From: Eledone cirrhosa
Lineage: Eukaryota
Direction of reading: 5' to 3'
DNA: 64,000 bases
NCBI GenBank assembly: GCA_964016885.1
Contig: OZ024747.1
Location: 78,368,001-78,432,000, forward strand
Shown here: in pieces, positions 29,129-42,263 of the stretch
How positions within the stretch are numbered: position 1 is the stretch's first letter
How the letters are laid out: every line of letters begins with the position of its first letter
Position numbers and translations under genes: made by a program
Notes under the pieces: model-generated
Told to the model about the DNA's origin: nothing
The model's input: only the letters and a program-made list of their open reading frames with translations
Databases searched by the model: none

Positions 29129-29529
29129 TATTTATAAGGCTTATGGAAATCTAGCTCTTATGGCATTCGTCTCCGTCGTCGTTATCCCCGTTGTAGTAGT
29201 AGTAGTAGTAGTAGTAGTGCGACATGATTGACCGTTTGAATTACAGGTATAGTCCATCCAGCCATCTTTCCAAACAGTTTCCATCTACACAATTTCACTC
29301 CCAAGGCATGGCCCGACCCGAGGCTATGGACACTTCGATTTACAGACTGGGCAGTGCATTGCGTCCTTGAGCAAGACACCATATTTTATGTTGATCCAGT
29401 CCATTCAGCAGGAAAAATATGTTGTGACCGATCGGCCTTTGTCTTTCCCCCAAGGGAACATCGATGGCGTGGAAATGGGAAACTCCCACACAAAGGGGAT
29501 TGCATGGAACTAGGTTGGGTGTAATTGAC

Positions 29530-30365
29530 ACTTTTGTTTGGGCAGTGTATTGTCGGATCATGCCATCAATAAAAAGACCAATATTAGTGTGTACAAAGCC
29601 TGAATACTGAGTGCTCTGTTGTACTCCTCGGAAACGTGGACACCTCAGGTTACATGAACTCTTTAATCAAAAGTGCTTAAGACGGATCCTCAATAGTTAG
29701 TGGCAACAAAAAATTACCTGACACAAAAATCCTTATAGATGCTGGATGCACAAGTATTGTCGTCATATCCTCTCAAATGCGTTGGACAGGCCATGTCATA
29801 CGTATAAATGATGAGTCCCCAAACAACTATTTTACAGCCAATTACCCACTTGAAAACGCCCTCAAGCCAAGGAAAAGATATAAAGACAGCATAAAAAAAA
29901 ACAACCTTAAGGATCTACAGATTGAAGTTCAGAACTGGGAAGTGCTAGCTTTAAAAAGGATTGGATGGAGAGGACATTTGAAGGGAGCCTGCAGAATGTT
30001 TGAAGAGAGACGTCACGACTATGAAAGACCACAGACCACATTATGAACCCCAATAAGAATATAGAGAACTGGAGATGTGAAGTATGTGGTCCTCTAATGC
30101 TCTCTAAACTGGGTACATTACTCATCTAAAATTAAAAGAAAGACCAACACTATGCAGCTCTATCTCTCCAATACTAGGTGAGACAACATGTGTGGTGGTG
30201 TGCGGAAAAATCTGCAAATCAGTTTCTGGTCTTAAAAGTCATAAGGATGACATCCCACAAGCTGACCCAATCAATCCAATAGAGGGCACATCTGTTGTCT
30301 GTTACATTGGCTGCAGACCGTGAAAATCTGCTGCTGGATGTAAAAGCCACCTAAGAGGTCATGAG
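29530..30365 (+). pseudogene. RTE-clade LINE 3' fragment (RT C-terminus/thumb), frameshifted
   Basis: motifs ISVYKA..LSALLYSSETWT, MRWTGHVIRI, KPRKRYKDSIK, WEVLALKRIGWR and downstream Cys-rich CEVCG; stops and frameshifts. Confidence 0.8.
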
Positions 30366-30871
30366 TTTTTATTTTACAGAAAGAAGACAATCATCTTTCG
30401 GGTTATAACTACTTTTGCTCAGAGAGTGGGATTGGCTCAGTGCACAGTCTTTCCTCACTTTAAAAAAATCTTCATGCGCAGGCATTGCACAATAGCATTA
30501 AGTGATAATCATTAATAATGGTATATCGTTCAATGGCCATACTCGATAACGAGGGGGCAGCCATCATGTATGTATGTATGTATGTATGTATGTATGTATG
30601 TATGTATGTATGTATGTATGTTCTTCTGGTTTTATAATTTCACCAAGTTTTACCAATAGAGAGAGTCGGTTTCTAACATAGACACCAGACTCTCTCATTG
30701 GAATTTACACAACATTAACTAGGTAGATATGTATGTATGCATGCATGTGTAGATATGGATGTTATTGTATGTGTGGATGGGTATGTTTTGAGTTGTATGT
30801 GTGCATGTGTATATGCAGTTATTAGATGCAACATTTTTGGAATGTTTTACATATTTTTACTGTTCCATTAA

Positions 30872-31049
30872 TGGCAGTATCGGTAGAGTGTTGGACGCCA
30901 TGCTTTCTAGCATAGTTACGTCCCTTTACACTCTGAGTTCAAATCCCGCCGAGGTTAACTTTGCCTTTCATCCTTATGGGGTCGATAAAATAAAGTACCA
31001 GTAATGTACTGGGTAATTGCTGGCCTTGTGCCAAAAGTAGAAACAATTA
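30872..31049 (+). mobile_element. tRNA-derived SINE
   Basis: family consensus match. Confidence 0.85.
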
Positions 31050-31054
31050 ATGGA

Positions 31055-31870
31055 TTATACTTGTAATTTCCTAACTAGTTGTGTTCTTTCTGTTCCTGTG
31101 AAGCCTAGCTTCTCAAGATTTGTATTGAGGCAGTTACTAACATATCCCAGTGCCCCAATAATCACAGGTATAAATCTGAAGGTGTAATCAGGATGGAGTA
31201 TCTGCAGATTTCTCATCAGTTCTGCATAAATATTCTCCTTTTCACTAATCTTTGATATTATATTGGCATCTGCTGGGCAGCTAATTTCCACTACTGTGCA
31301 TGTTTTCGTCTCCCTGCCCCATATCATAATATCTGGTCTGTTATGCCTGCATTTTATTGGGGTTTTTACTGGAACATTCCACCAGTACTCTTTCATATTA
31401 TGTCTTCCACATTGCTGTAGCTTTTAATGTGTTTATTATCGGGGCTATCTTTTTTACGAACTTCATTGTACAGTGTTTTGGCCACTACATCATGCCTCAT
31501 AGGTAGATAGTACCGCGATAACATCTTTGGGCAGCTGCTGATGACATGGGTGATATCCTCGATGTTAGTTCTGCAGTCTGCACTTGTTATCACATCTAGG
31601 TGTTTTGCCTGCATCCCCATCTCTTTTGTGAATCAGGTATTTCGTGCTAATCTCCTGTTCCTGGATTGCAAAAGCATATCCTTCAAAGTGGGAGCCAATA
31701 TAGCGGTTGTTGGTCCAAGATAGACTACATTCCTTATCTATATTACTCTCACTCTGGAGCTTCCTGGCAACATATCCATGCATAATTTTTTGCTGATAGG
31801 CATGCAGTTTTTCATCCATGGATTCACTGCGATACTGCTGAGCGACATCCCTGTGTGTGAGTTTTTGATT
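31055..31870 (-). pseudogene. R4/Dong-like non-LTR retrotransposon 3' fragment (CCHC knuckle + restriction-like endonuclease)
   Basis: across three frames: MHG...EGYAFAIQEQEISTKY, C..EDITHVISSCP..RHDVVAK, HNRPDIMIW...VVEISCP...EKENIY...PVIIGALG; 5' truncation at an (ATGT)n tract. Confidence 0.85.
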
Positions 31871-33291
31871 ATGTATGTATGTATGTATGTATGTATGTAT
31901 GTATGTATGTATGTATGTATGTATGTATGTATGTATGTATGTATGTATGTATGTATGCATGCATGTATGTATGCATGCATGCATGCATGTATGTATGTAT
32001 GTATGTATGTATGTATGTATACATACATACATATTCGTCAGTAACAAAAAACAAAACAAACAAAAAATAACAAACAAACGCATTCAGACCTTTTCCGGCA
32101 TTGATAAGATTCTTGTAGAATTCTTTCAGAGAATCTAATCCAACAGAAATAATCATTAAGGTAAGAAATTCCATCTTCCCAGACAAATACCAAATCGTGT
32201 TATTCACCAGTTTTTTTATTTTTTATAACATTATTTTTTGTTTAAACTATTTATTTCTATACTTTTGGGCGTCTCAAACACCCTTCCCTTTTGAAACAAT
32301 TGTTTTTTTCTCTGGTTGTTGACGAAGGCGGAAGCGGAAGTTGGTTGGTTGTGCGGTATTCAAATTATTTAGCTTGGACCAATTGGCACCATGAATCATT
32401 GTTTCTTACGGTTATATATATTATCTAGCGCTCTATGATATCTAACATGATCAGTGCGAGGGTATTTCCTCCTATATTTTGCCTATATTTTCGTTCTTAT
32501 AGTTTTTCCCTAAATTTATCCTATATCGGTTTATCTTCTGGCTCTCTGCACCCTGAATTAAATTTCCACCGGTGTTAACTTTGCCTTCCATCCTTTTAAG
32601 GACGATAAATAAAGTACCAGACTAGGAGCGGTAGATTGGTGCAATTGTTAAAGAGTCGGATTGGGATGTTTTACGGTATCTAATCTGGCTGAGTGCGTTC
32701 TGAGTTCAAATCCCTCCTCATTCTTCTTGAAATTATAACTGGCAGGTAGTATCAGCAAAAGACTCGCAGAAACATAATTTCCACGGTTCAATCCTTTCTT
32801 TTCCTTTTCCTTTCTTATATTTCTTCGTTCGTTTTGTTTTCCCAATGGATATTCAGGTTCTTCCCCACCCCACCACATATTTGGATGTTTGCTGGGCCTC
32901 CGTCAGTTCCAACGATAAGTGTTCATGTTGCGTCGATCAACAGAACAGCCTGCTCGTGAAATTAACATGACTGAACAATGCAATGGCACGTGTACTCAAC
33001 ATAATTTCCAAAGGGATTCAGCGAGACACAGTGTGTGACACAGGGCCACCAAGTTAGATTTTGCAAGGCGATACAAGACCCCTTTAGGGCCCGAAGCAGG
33101 CAAACATTTTTCTCAAAATGGATGTTGCATGGTTGCTGTATGGCCTTCTTAGCTCCGGATCAAAGTACCGACCCCCTCTCTCTCATAGGCCCTGCTGTGA
33201 CAAGACAGGCCCTTTGAATTACAGATACAGTCCATTCAATGGGCCTCCAAACAGTTTTATTCTAACCAGTTTCACTGCCAATCCATTATTA

Positions 33292-33467
33292 AATGTTTCT
33301 ACTTTTGGCACAAAGCTAGCAATTATTCCAGTGCATTACTGGTAATTTATTTTATCGACCCCGTAAGGATGAAAGGCAAAGTTAACCTCGGCGGGATTCG
33401 AACTCAGACTGTAAAGGGGCGTAACTCTATGCTGCAAAGCATGGCGTCGGACCCCCTACCAATACTG
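33292..33467 (-). mobile_element. tRNA-derived SINE
   Basis: reverse complement of family consensus. Confidence 0.85.
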
Positions 33468-33690
33468 GAATTGCCTTGCTTATTGTATTAAAGAAATAAA
33501 AATGTATTAATCGTGGTTTGAAAAAGAAAAAAAGCCCCCCCCCCCCTCTAAGTAGGAATTTTCAAGCATCGTCCTTCCGCCCTCCTTTTATTTCTCTCTT
33601 ATATACGCACACACGAACACAGACACACACATGTTTATGTTGATGTGAGTATGCGTATGTATACCCCCCCCCCTGAAACACACTTCACAG

Positions 33691-33736
<46 letters not shown>

Positions 33737-34009
33737 TGTGTGTGTGTGTGTGTGTGCGCGTGTGTGTGTCTCTCCTCCGTCTTTCTTCGTATGACAGTAT
33801 ATTTTTCTCTGACACTATTCCTATTCTGCCCCCCACCCTCTTTAGCTCTCTTTCATTAAACCTCCATTTGTGTGTAGGGGTAGGGGCTTTAACTCCACTA
33901 AATCTATTTTCTCCATCCCATTCTCCCTTCTACATCTATACCAACCTCCTTCCTTCACTTACTCCCCAGTTTCCCAAGAGTACCAGCAATGTAATGGTGA
34001 GCAAATGAC

Positions 34010-34103
<94 letters not shown>

Positions 34104-34224
34104 TCAGAGACTCCAGAGGAAACAAAACTCAAGTTTGGTTTTAATAGAGAATATATACACGCACACACATATATATGTATATAAATATATATAAAAGTGG
34201 TTACACAACAGTTAGTTCACCATA

Positions 34225-34264
34225 CCGAGAACAATTGTTTCACCTTTGCGGATCTTCAGCTCGG
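34225..34264 (-). ncRNA. minimal type I hammerhead ribozyme motif
   Basis: minus strand ccgag-CTGAAGA-tccgcaaaggt-GAAA-caattg-TT-ctcgg; 5-bp stem I; palindromic stem III ACAATTGT. Confidence 0.7.
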
Positions 34265-34288
34265 ATATATATATATATATACACACAC

Positions 34289-34389
<101 letters not shown>

Positions 34390-34490
34390 TCTTTTTTTTT
34401 TTTTAGTATGTGTTGGTTGTATACCGACATTTCGATGAATTAACGGAGTGGAACACATTACAACACCATGTTTACCTGTTTTTTCTACAT

Positions 34491-34559
34491 TAATTCTTAC
34501 TGCCTGATGAGGTCACAGCCAACGATGGCTGTCACTGCAATATATATAGCAGAGAATTA
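34491..34559 (+). ncRNA. hammerhead ribozyme motif with GAAA>GCAA core substitution
   Basis: ctgc-CTGATGA-ggtcACAGCCAacgaTGGCTGTcact-GCAA-tatata-TA-gcag; stem I extended by taattct/agaatta. Confidence 0.6.
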
Positions 34560-34610
34560 GAAGCCAACTTTAACATGTTTCACTTACACATATTATTTTA
34601 TATATATATC

Positions 34611-34801
34611 GGCTGGTTGATTGGCAGTATCGGTAGAGGGTTGGACGCCATGCTTTCTGGCATAGAGTTACGTCCCTTTATGATCTGAGTTCAAATCCCG
34701 CCGATGTTAACTTTGCCTTTCATCCTTACGGGGTCGATAAAATAAAATACCAGTAATGTACTGGGTAATTGTTGGCCTTGTGACAATAGTAGAAACAATT
34801 A
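34611..34801 (+). mobile_element. tRNA-derived SINE
   Basis: family consensus match. Confidence 0.85.
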
Positions 34802-35040
34802 TTTTATATATATATATATAGTTATACTTGGGGAGGGTCATATTTGCGTAATATTGCCAGAATTAATAACAGAACACACTCACTGTTTGGTTGGTTTTCG
34901 CTTCTCGCTGTCTTTTATTATATCTGCGATCTAACTTACTCGGTCCTCAATGTTGCCATTGACTGACCGGCGGTCAAAAATAATACAGATACAATATAGA
35001 CACAAACACATATATATATATATATAGTTTACATAATTTA

Positions 35041-35078
35041 CATAAATCTTTCGTTGCACATCTGCAACATCGTCAGTG
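35041..35078 (-). ncRNA. hammerhead-like motif in PLE inverted arm
   Basis: CTGACGA-tGTTGCAgatgTGCAAC-GAAA-gatt-TA; 6-bp stem II; stem I only ~2 bp. Confidence 0.6.
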
Positions 35079-35357
35079 GTGTTATATTCATTGTTCCTCC
35101 TGTTGTGTTGTATGTCTACGCCATTTTTTATTCAGTCTGTCTATATATTTATTTATTTATTTGCTTGTTTGTTTATCTTATTTTATTTTGTCTTCTTTGC
35201 GCATGCGTTTGCGTGTGTGTATAGTGTTATGTGTGATGTGTGACTAGTGTGTATAGTGTTGTGTCTGCTGGGTGACTAGTGTGTGTTTATGTGCTTGTTG
35301 TTATTGTGCTTGTGTATGTATTTATTTATCTTATTTTATTTAATTTTATTTACTTAT

Positions 35358-36246
35358 TTATACTTCTCTTAGGTCAGTGTTGTTTGTTTGGGTGTTGTTG
35401 TTGTTCCACTCATTCTTTCTATTTAGCTTTGGTCTTCTAATTTCTATTTCACTGGCCTCTCTGATTTGCCTATCTGCTGGGTCATTCCTATGTTTGGATA
35501 TTATTCTAATTTCTATGTTGTCTATGTTACCGTCATGTTGTTGTCTAGCATGTTCGTATAGTACTGACCCGTTTTTTCGTCCTTTTAGTTCCCCCCAGTG
35601 TTGGTCTATCCTTTCACCTATGCTACGAGCTGTCTCACCTATGTATGTTGTTGTCATGTTTCTGCAAGTACCCTCTGTACATCTTATGCTATAGACTACG
35701 TTTCTAGTTTTACAGTTTATCCGGGGGTTCACCTTACATATGATACACTTCCTATTGGTACAGTGGGTTTTCTTAAAAGGGTAGGTTTTGCTGATCAGGG
35801 ATTTTATGGTGGTTCCTGGCTTTTCTACCACCTTTATTTTTAAGTGGGTCTTTCTCAGGGCCTTTCTACACTGGTTAGCTAATTTCCCTCCAGGGGTGGC
35901 GTCCACAAACATGACACTCTGATATCTCTGGTTGTCGTACCATGATGTGGCCTTCCCTATCTTATGTCTAGCCCTATCTAAGCTATTCCATGATTTGCTC
36001 CTGTATAGTGGGCAGATTTCTTTCATGTCCAGTTCTATGAGGGTCTTATACTTTTCCATGGCTCCTTCGTATACTCTGACTCTGTCTCTTTGGTTGTAGC
36101 CAGAGAACTGCATGCGGTTGATGAAGTGTTGGATGTGTCCTTCCATTTCTGTTGGGTCGCACATGCTGGACACATTCTTCATCACTCGTACCAAATCTGC
36201 GATCAGAATATTAAACTTAGCACTACTGGACATTGCTGAGTTTTTG
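35358..36246 (-). pseudogene. inverted duplicate of the PLE thumb/linker/GIY-YIG coding region
   Basis: translation matches the C-terminal ~295 aa of ORF 36612-38036 apart from DMKEIC/DMKGIC; the N-terminal part of the listed 369-aa ORF is antisense RT sequence. Confidence 0.9.
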
Positions 36247-38036
36247 GTTATACGCCCCATAATCAAGATGTCCCCAGATGTATGTGAAAGTACAGAGGAC
36301 CTCCTCAGCAGAATCAGTGAGTGCAACAAAAACAGGAGCCTATCCAACTGCATAATAGGCAGCATGGATGTAGTGTCACTGTACCCATCCATTAACATTG
36401 ATTTTGCTGTGAAAAGATGTGTGGAGATGATCATTGAGAGTGAGGTGGAGTTCTGCGACGTCGACACAGACGAACTGGGCCTCCTACTTAGACTTACCTA
36501 CGACACTGACTACCTAGACAGCCATGACCTTAGATGTTTCTGCCCTAGTAGACCTATAAGAGGTAGACCCCCCACCATAACCTCAATGGCTAAAAAGACT
36601 CCCATAGGAAGGTGGATTGGGTGGACCAAAGCCTACGGACCCCCCAAAACACTGATCAGGTAAGAAAAATGGTCGCACATGCAATAGGGGCTAGTATCAA
36701 AACTACCCTAAAGGGCCACATATTTAAGTTCAATGAGAAAATCTACACCCAAAATGAGGGAGCAGCCATCGGCGTCAGCATAGCTGGTGATGTTGTCTGC
36801 CTTTTCATGGTATGGTGGGAAAGGAGACTTAAAGATCTCCTTAATGAAAGCTCCATAGACCTCATCATGTACTCTCGTTATGTAGACGATATCAATATAG
36901 TTATAAGAACACCCCCACTAGAGAGCACTAACAAGTTTGATTTAGAACGTAGCACGATGGAAAGCATCCAGCAGATAGCTAATTCCATACACCAGAGTAT
37001 AACTGTAACTATAGACTTCCCTTCCAAACACCCTAACAATAGACTACCTGTATTAGACACAGAACTCTGGATTAACACTATAGACGAGAGAGCCCAAATT
37101 CTCCACTCACACTATGCTAAACCCATGGCCTCCAAATACCTGATACTCAAAAACTCAGCAATGTCCAGTAGTGCTAAGTTTAATATTCTGATCGCAGATT
37201 TGGTACGAGTGATGAAGAATGTGTCCAGCATGTGCGACCCAACAGAAATGGAAGGACACATCCAACACTTCATCAACCGCATGCAGTTCTCTGGCTACAA
37301 CCAAAGAGACAGAGTCAGAGTATACGAAGGAGCCATGGAAAAGTATAAGACCCTCATAGAACTGGACATGAAAGGAATCTGCCCACTATACAGGAGCAAA
37401 TCATGGAATAGCTTAGATAGGGCTAGACATAAGATAGGGAAGGCCACATCATGGTACGACAACCAGAGATATCAGAGTGTCATGTTTGTGGACGCCACCC
37501 CTGGAGGGAAATTAGCTAACCAGTGTAGAAAGGCCCTGAGAAAGACCCACTTAAAAATAAAGGTGGTAGAAAAGCCAGGAACCACCATAAAATCCCTGAT
37601 CAGCAAAACCTACCCTTTTAAGAAAACCCACTGTACCAATAGGAAGTGTATCATATGTAAGGTGAACCCCCGGATAAACTGTAAAACTAGAAACGTAGTC
37701 TATAGCATAAGATGTACAGAGGGTACTTGCAGAAACATGACAACAACATACATAGGTGAGACAGCTCGTAGCATAGGTGAAAGGATAGACCAACACTGGG
37801 GGGAACTAAAAGGACGAAAAAACGGGTCAGTACTATACGAACATGCTAGACAACAACATGACGGTAACATAGACAACATAGAAATTAGAATAATATCCAA
37901 ACATAGGAATGACCCAGCAGATAGGCAAATCAGAGAGGCCAGTGAAATAGAAATTAGAAGACCAAAGCTAAATAGAAAGAATGAGTGGAACAACAACAAC
38001 ACCCAAACAAACAACACTGACCTAAGAGAAGTATAA
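36247..38036 (+). pseudogene. PLE reverse transcriptase + C-terminal GIY-YIG endonuclease (5'-truncated, one frameshift near 36645)
   Basis: RT motifs GSMDVVSLYPSI, QNEGAAIG, RYVDDI, RLPVLD; Cys-rich linker CxxxxCxxC; VVYSIRC...YIGETARSIGERIDQH...HARQQH...RQIREA...PKLN. Confidence 0.92.
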
Positions 38037-38315
38037 ATAAGTAAATAAAATTAAATAAAATAAGATAAATACATACATACACAAGCACAATAACAACAAG
38101 CACATAAACACACACTAGTCACCCAGCAGACACAACACTATACACACTAGTCACACATCACACATAACACTATACACACACGCAAACGCATGCGCAAAGA
38201 AGACAAAATAAAATAAGATAAACAAACAAGCAAATAAATAAATAAATATATAGACAGACTGAATAAAAAATGGCGTAGACATACAACACAACAGGAGGAA
38301 CAATGAATATAACAC

Positions 38316-38353
38316 CACTGACGATGTTGTAGTTGTGCAACGAAAGATTTATG
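38316..38353 (+). ncRNA. hammerhead-like motif in PLE 3' region
   Basis: CTGACGA-tgttgtagttgtgcaac-GAAA-gatt-TA; mirror of 35041-35078 with two substitutions. Confidence 0.55.
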
Positions 38354-38640
38354 TAAATTATGTAAACTATATATATATATATGTGTTTGTGTCTATATTG
38401 TATCTGTATTATTTTTGACCGCCGGTCAGTCAATGGCAACATTGAGGACCGAGTAAGTTAGATCGCAGATATAATAAAAGACAGCGAGAAGCGAAAACCA
38501 ACCAAACAGTGAGTGTGTTCTGTTATTAATTCTGGCAATATTACGCAAATATGACCTTCCCCAAGTATAACAATATCTGTTTCGACACACGATTTCATAT
38601 AAAAAACCTCGCAAAACTATATATATATATATATATATAT

Positions 38641-39045
38641 TAATAAAAGGAATTCCAACTTTGTCTGATTTACTCGTTTTATTTACAATCCTTTAAAATT
38701 TATAATGGTATTAGAATGAAATAGTATGGTAGAATATTAAATGTTAAGTGTTAATTGAACAAGTACTTTCATGCTTTCGCAATCTTCAGGTTCATATTGT
38801 GTGGTGACAGTCAAGTTTGCAAATTTCAACTGTTGAAAATTGCAAACTTGACTGTCACCACACAATATGAACCTGAAGATTGCGAAAGCATGAAAGTACT
38901 TGTTCAATTAACACTTAACATTTAATATTCTACCATACTATTTCATTCTAATACCATTATAGGATTGTAAATAAAACGAGTAAATCAGACAAAGTTGGAA
39001 TTCCTTTTATTAATATAATCTTCTATACACAATCATACACACCCG

Positions 39046-39047
<2 letters not shown>
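38641..39047 (+). mobile_element. near-perfect ~370-bp palindrome + ~30-nt tail with two outward-facing hammerheads
   Basis: centre at 38831; arms 38641-38830 / 38832-39013; (TA)n left, (CT)n right. Confidence 0.85.
38868..38906 (+). ncRNA. minimal type I hammerhead ribozyme (mirror copy 38756-38794, minus strand)
   Basis: tgaac-CTGAAGA-tTGCgaaaGCAt-GAAA-gtac-TT-gttca; 5-bp stem I, GNRA-capped stem II, palindromic stem III AGTACT. Confidence 0.75.
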
Positions 39048-39125
<78 letters not shown>

Positions 39126-39129
<4 letters not shown>

Positions 39130-39490
39130 GCGGGTAAAATTCCATGGACGAGTTCTCTCCAGCGGTCTCTGTCCCTCATTATCGCTGCCATGTCCTGCAT
39201 CTCCAACAGACCAGTGTCTGTCCTTAGGGCATCAACATACGTTAACCTTGGTCTTCCACTTCTAGTGTGTCCATGTAGGGGCTCCCACAGGAGCACTGAG
39301 TGCAATGTCAACTCTGGATGTCGGTGAGCATGTCCAGCCAACCTCAGTCTCCTCTGTGTCACTTTTGAGCTGACTTTTGGGATGCTCCCATACAGCTCTG
39401 AGTTTTTCATCCTCAGTGTATACTGATTAATGTTCAGAGCCATCCTCAGCATTCTCGTGTAGCACCCATCCACCATCTGAGTGAGTTTCT

Positions 39491-39492
<2 letters not shown>
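39126..39492 (-). pseudogene. RTE-type LINE 3' fragment
   Basis: DGCYTRMLR...NSELYG...RRLRLAGH...LLWEP.HG..GRPRLTYVD...RDRWR; stop followed directly by (GA)n; 5' truncated at (TA)n. Confidence 0.85.
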
Positions 39493-39535
<43 letters not shown>

Positions 39536-39809
39536 CTATTAGGCTGAGAGGGCAATGGTAGAGAGGGAGGGATGCAAACATTCAGAAATAAACGCTGCAG
39601 CTGTCAGCAGCCGACATTTTGTCCCATTCCAACATCAAAAACTTTCCGAATGACATCGCCTATGTTAGCTTTGCCTTTCATCCATACGGAGGTTGATACA
39701 ATAAAGTACCAGTAATGCACTGGATCAATTTAATAGAATTGTACTTTTCCACCACGAAAGTTGTTGGCCTTGGTGCCTAAATCAGAAACCATTATAAACA
39801 TTCATTTAC

Positions 39810-41107
39810 ACCACCACGACAATGACTGCAACCATCTCCACCACCACCACCACCACCACCACCACCACCACCACCACCACCACCACCACCACCACCACCA
39901 CCGCCACTACCATCACCACCACCACCACCACCACGACAATGACTGCAACCATCTCCACCACCACCACCACCACCACCGCCACTACCATCACCACCACCAC
40001 CACCACCACGACAATGACTGCAACCATCTCCACCACCACCACCACCACCACCACCGCCACTACCATCACCACCACCACCACCACCACGACAATGACTGCA
40101 ACCATCTCCACCACCACCACCACCACCACCACCGCCACTACCATCACCACCACCACCACCACCACGACAATGACTGCAACCATCTCCACCACCACCACCA
40201 CCACCACCACCACCACCACCACCACCACCACCACCGCCGCCACTACCATCACCACCACCACCACCACCACGACAATGACTGCAACCATCTCCACCACCAC
40301 CACCACCACCACCGCCACTACCATCACCACCACCACCACCACCACGACAATGACTGCAACCATCTCCACCACCACCACCACCACCACCACCGCCACTACC
40401 ATCACCACCACCACCACCACGACAATGACTGCAACCATCTCCACCACCACCACCACCACCACCACCACCGCCACTACCATCACCACCACCACCACCACCA
40501 CCACGACAATGACTGCAACCATCTCCAATACCACCACCACCATCACCACCGCCACTACCATCACCACCACCACCACCACCACCACCACCACCACGACAAT
40601 GACTGCAACCATCTCCACCACTACCACCACCACCACCACCGCCACTACCATCACCACCACCACCACCACCACGACAATGACTGCAACCATCTCCACCACC
40701 ACCACCACCACCACCACCACCACCACCACCACCACCGCCACTACCACCACCACCACCACGACAATGACTGCAACCATCTCCACCACCACCACCACCACCA
40801 CCACCACAATGACTGCAACCATCACTCCCACTACCACCACCACCATCACCACCGCCACTACCATCACCACCACCACCACCACCACCACCACCACGACAAT
40901 GACTGCAACCATCTCCACCACCACCACCACCACCACCACCACCACCACCACCACCACCACCACCACCGCCGCCACTACCATCACCACCACCACCACCACC
41001 ACCACGACAATGACTGCAACCATCACTCCCACTACCACCACCACCATCACCACCGCCACTACCATCACCACCACCACCACCACCACCACGACAATGATTG
41101 CAACCAT

Positions 41108-41138
<31 letters not shown>

Positions 41139-41550
41139 ACCACCACCATCACCACCGCCACTACCATCACGACCACCACCACCACCACGACAATGACTGC
41201 AACCATCTCCACCACCACCACCACCACCACCGCCACTACCATCACCACCACCACCACCATCACCACCGCCACTACCATCACCACCGCCACTACCATCACC
41301 ACCACCACCACCACCACGACAATGATTACAGCCATCTCCACTACCACCACCACCACCATCACCACCGCCACCACCACCACGACAATGACTGCAACCATCT
41401 CCACTACCACCACCACCATCACTACCGCCACTACCATCACCACCACCACCACCACCACGACAATAATTACAGCCATCACTCCCACTACCACCACCTCCGC
41501 CGTCACTACCACCTCCAACACCACCACTACCACCACTACCACCAACAATA
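39810..41550. repeat. compound minisatellite: (CAC)n runs punctuated by GACAATGACTGCAACCATCTC and CGCCACTACCAT
   Basis: roughly 20 variable-length units; followed by (TAC)n at 41558-41630. Confidence 0.95.
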
Positions 41551-41556
41551 CCTGTA

Positions 41557-41632
<76 letters not shown>

Positions 41633-41880
41633 TTACATTCATCATATGGTCACTGTCCTCTTCATGCCATCAGGAGCAGCAGCAGTAATGGTATTCATAC
41701 ATTGAGCAGCTGCTATGAGTTTAGGGGGAGAAGGAGAGAAGGAAGAGGAGAAGGAAGGGGAGAAGGATGGGGAGAAGGATGGGGAGAAGGATGGCTGTAG
41801 TGGGAGGTGAGAGGAGTTCTGACAGAGGCACAAGGCCAGAAATTTTGAAGAGGAAAAATATATAACAGCCCATTATTTCG

Positions 41881-42263
41881 TCGGTGAATTGGCAGTATCG
41901 GTAGAGGGTTGGACGCCATGCTTTCTAGCATAGTTACGTCCCTTTACAGTCTGAGTTCAAATCCCGCCGAGGTTAACTTTGCCTTTCATCCTTACGGGGT
42001 CGATAAAATAAAGTACCAGTAATGTACTGGGTAGTTGCTGGCCTTGTGCCTAAAGTAGAAACAATTATTTCGTCGGTGGATTGGCAGTATCGGTAGAGCG
42101 TCGGACACCATGCTTTGCAGCATAGAGTTACGCCCCTTTGTGATCTGAGTTCAAATCTTGCCGAGGTCAACTTTGTCTTTCATCCTTACGGGGTCGATAA
42201 AATAAAGTACCAGTAATACACTGGGATAATTGCTGGCCTTGTGCCAAAAAGTAGAAACAATTA
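41881..42263 (+). mobile_element. two head-to-tail tRNA-derived SINEs
   Basis: consensus copies 41881-42067 and 42071-42263; ATTATTTCGTCGGTG repeated at both starts. Confidence 0.88.

Larger units (their letters stand above)
34821..38617 (+). mobile_element. Penelope-like retroelement, 5'-truncated, with inverted arm and 3' tail
   Basis: 34821-36246 is the near-identical reverse complement of 37148-38571; unpaired tail 38572-38617; (TA)n on both sides; RT + GIY-YIG coding; hammerhead-like motif in 3' region. Confidence 0.92.

Noticed and set aside
35358-36467. Independent 369-aa GIY-YIG gene on the minus strand
   Set aside because: It is the inverted PLE arm fused by chance to antisense RT sequence.
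36640-36650. Programmed -1 frameshift in the PLE ORF
   Set aside because: CCCCCCAAAA is not an in-frame X XXY YYZ site and PLEs normally have one ORF; a homopolymer indel or sequencing error is more likely.
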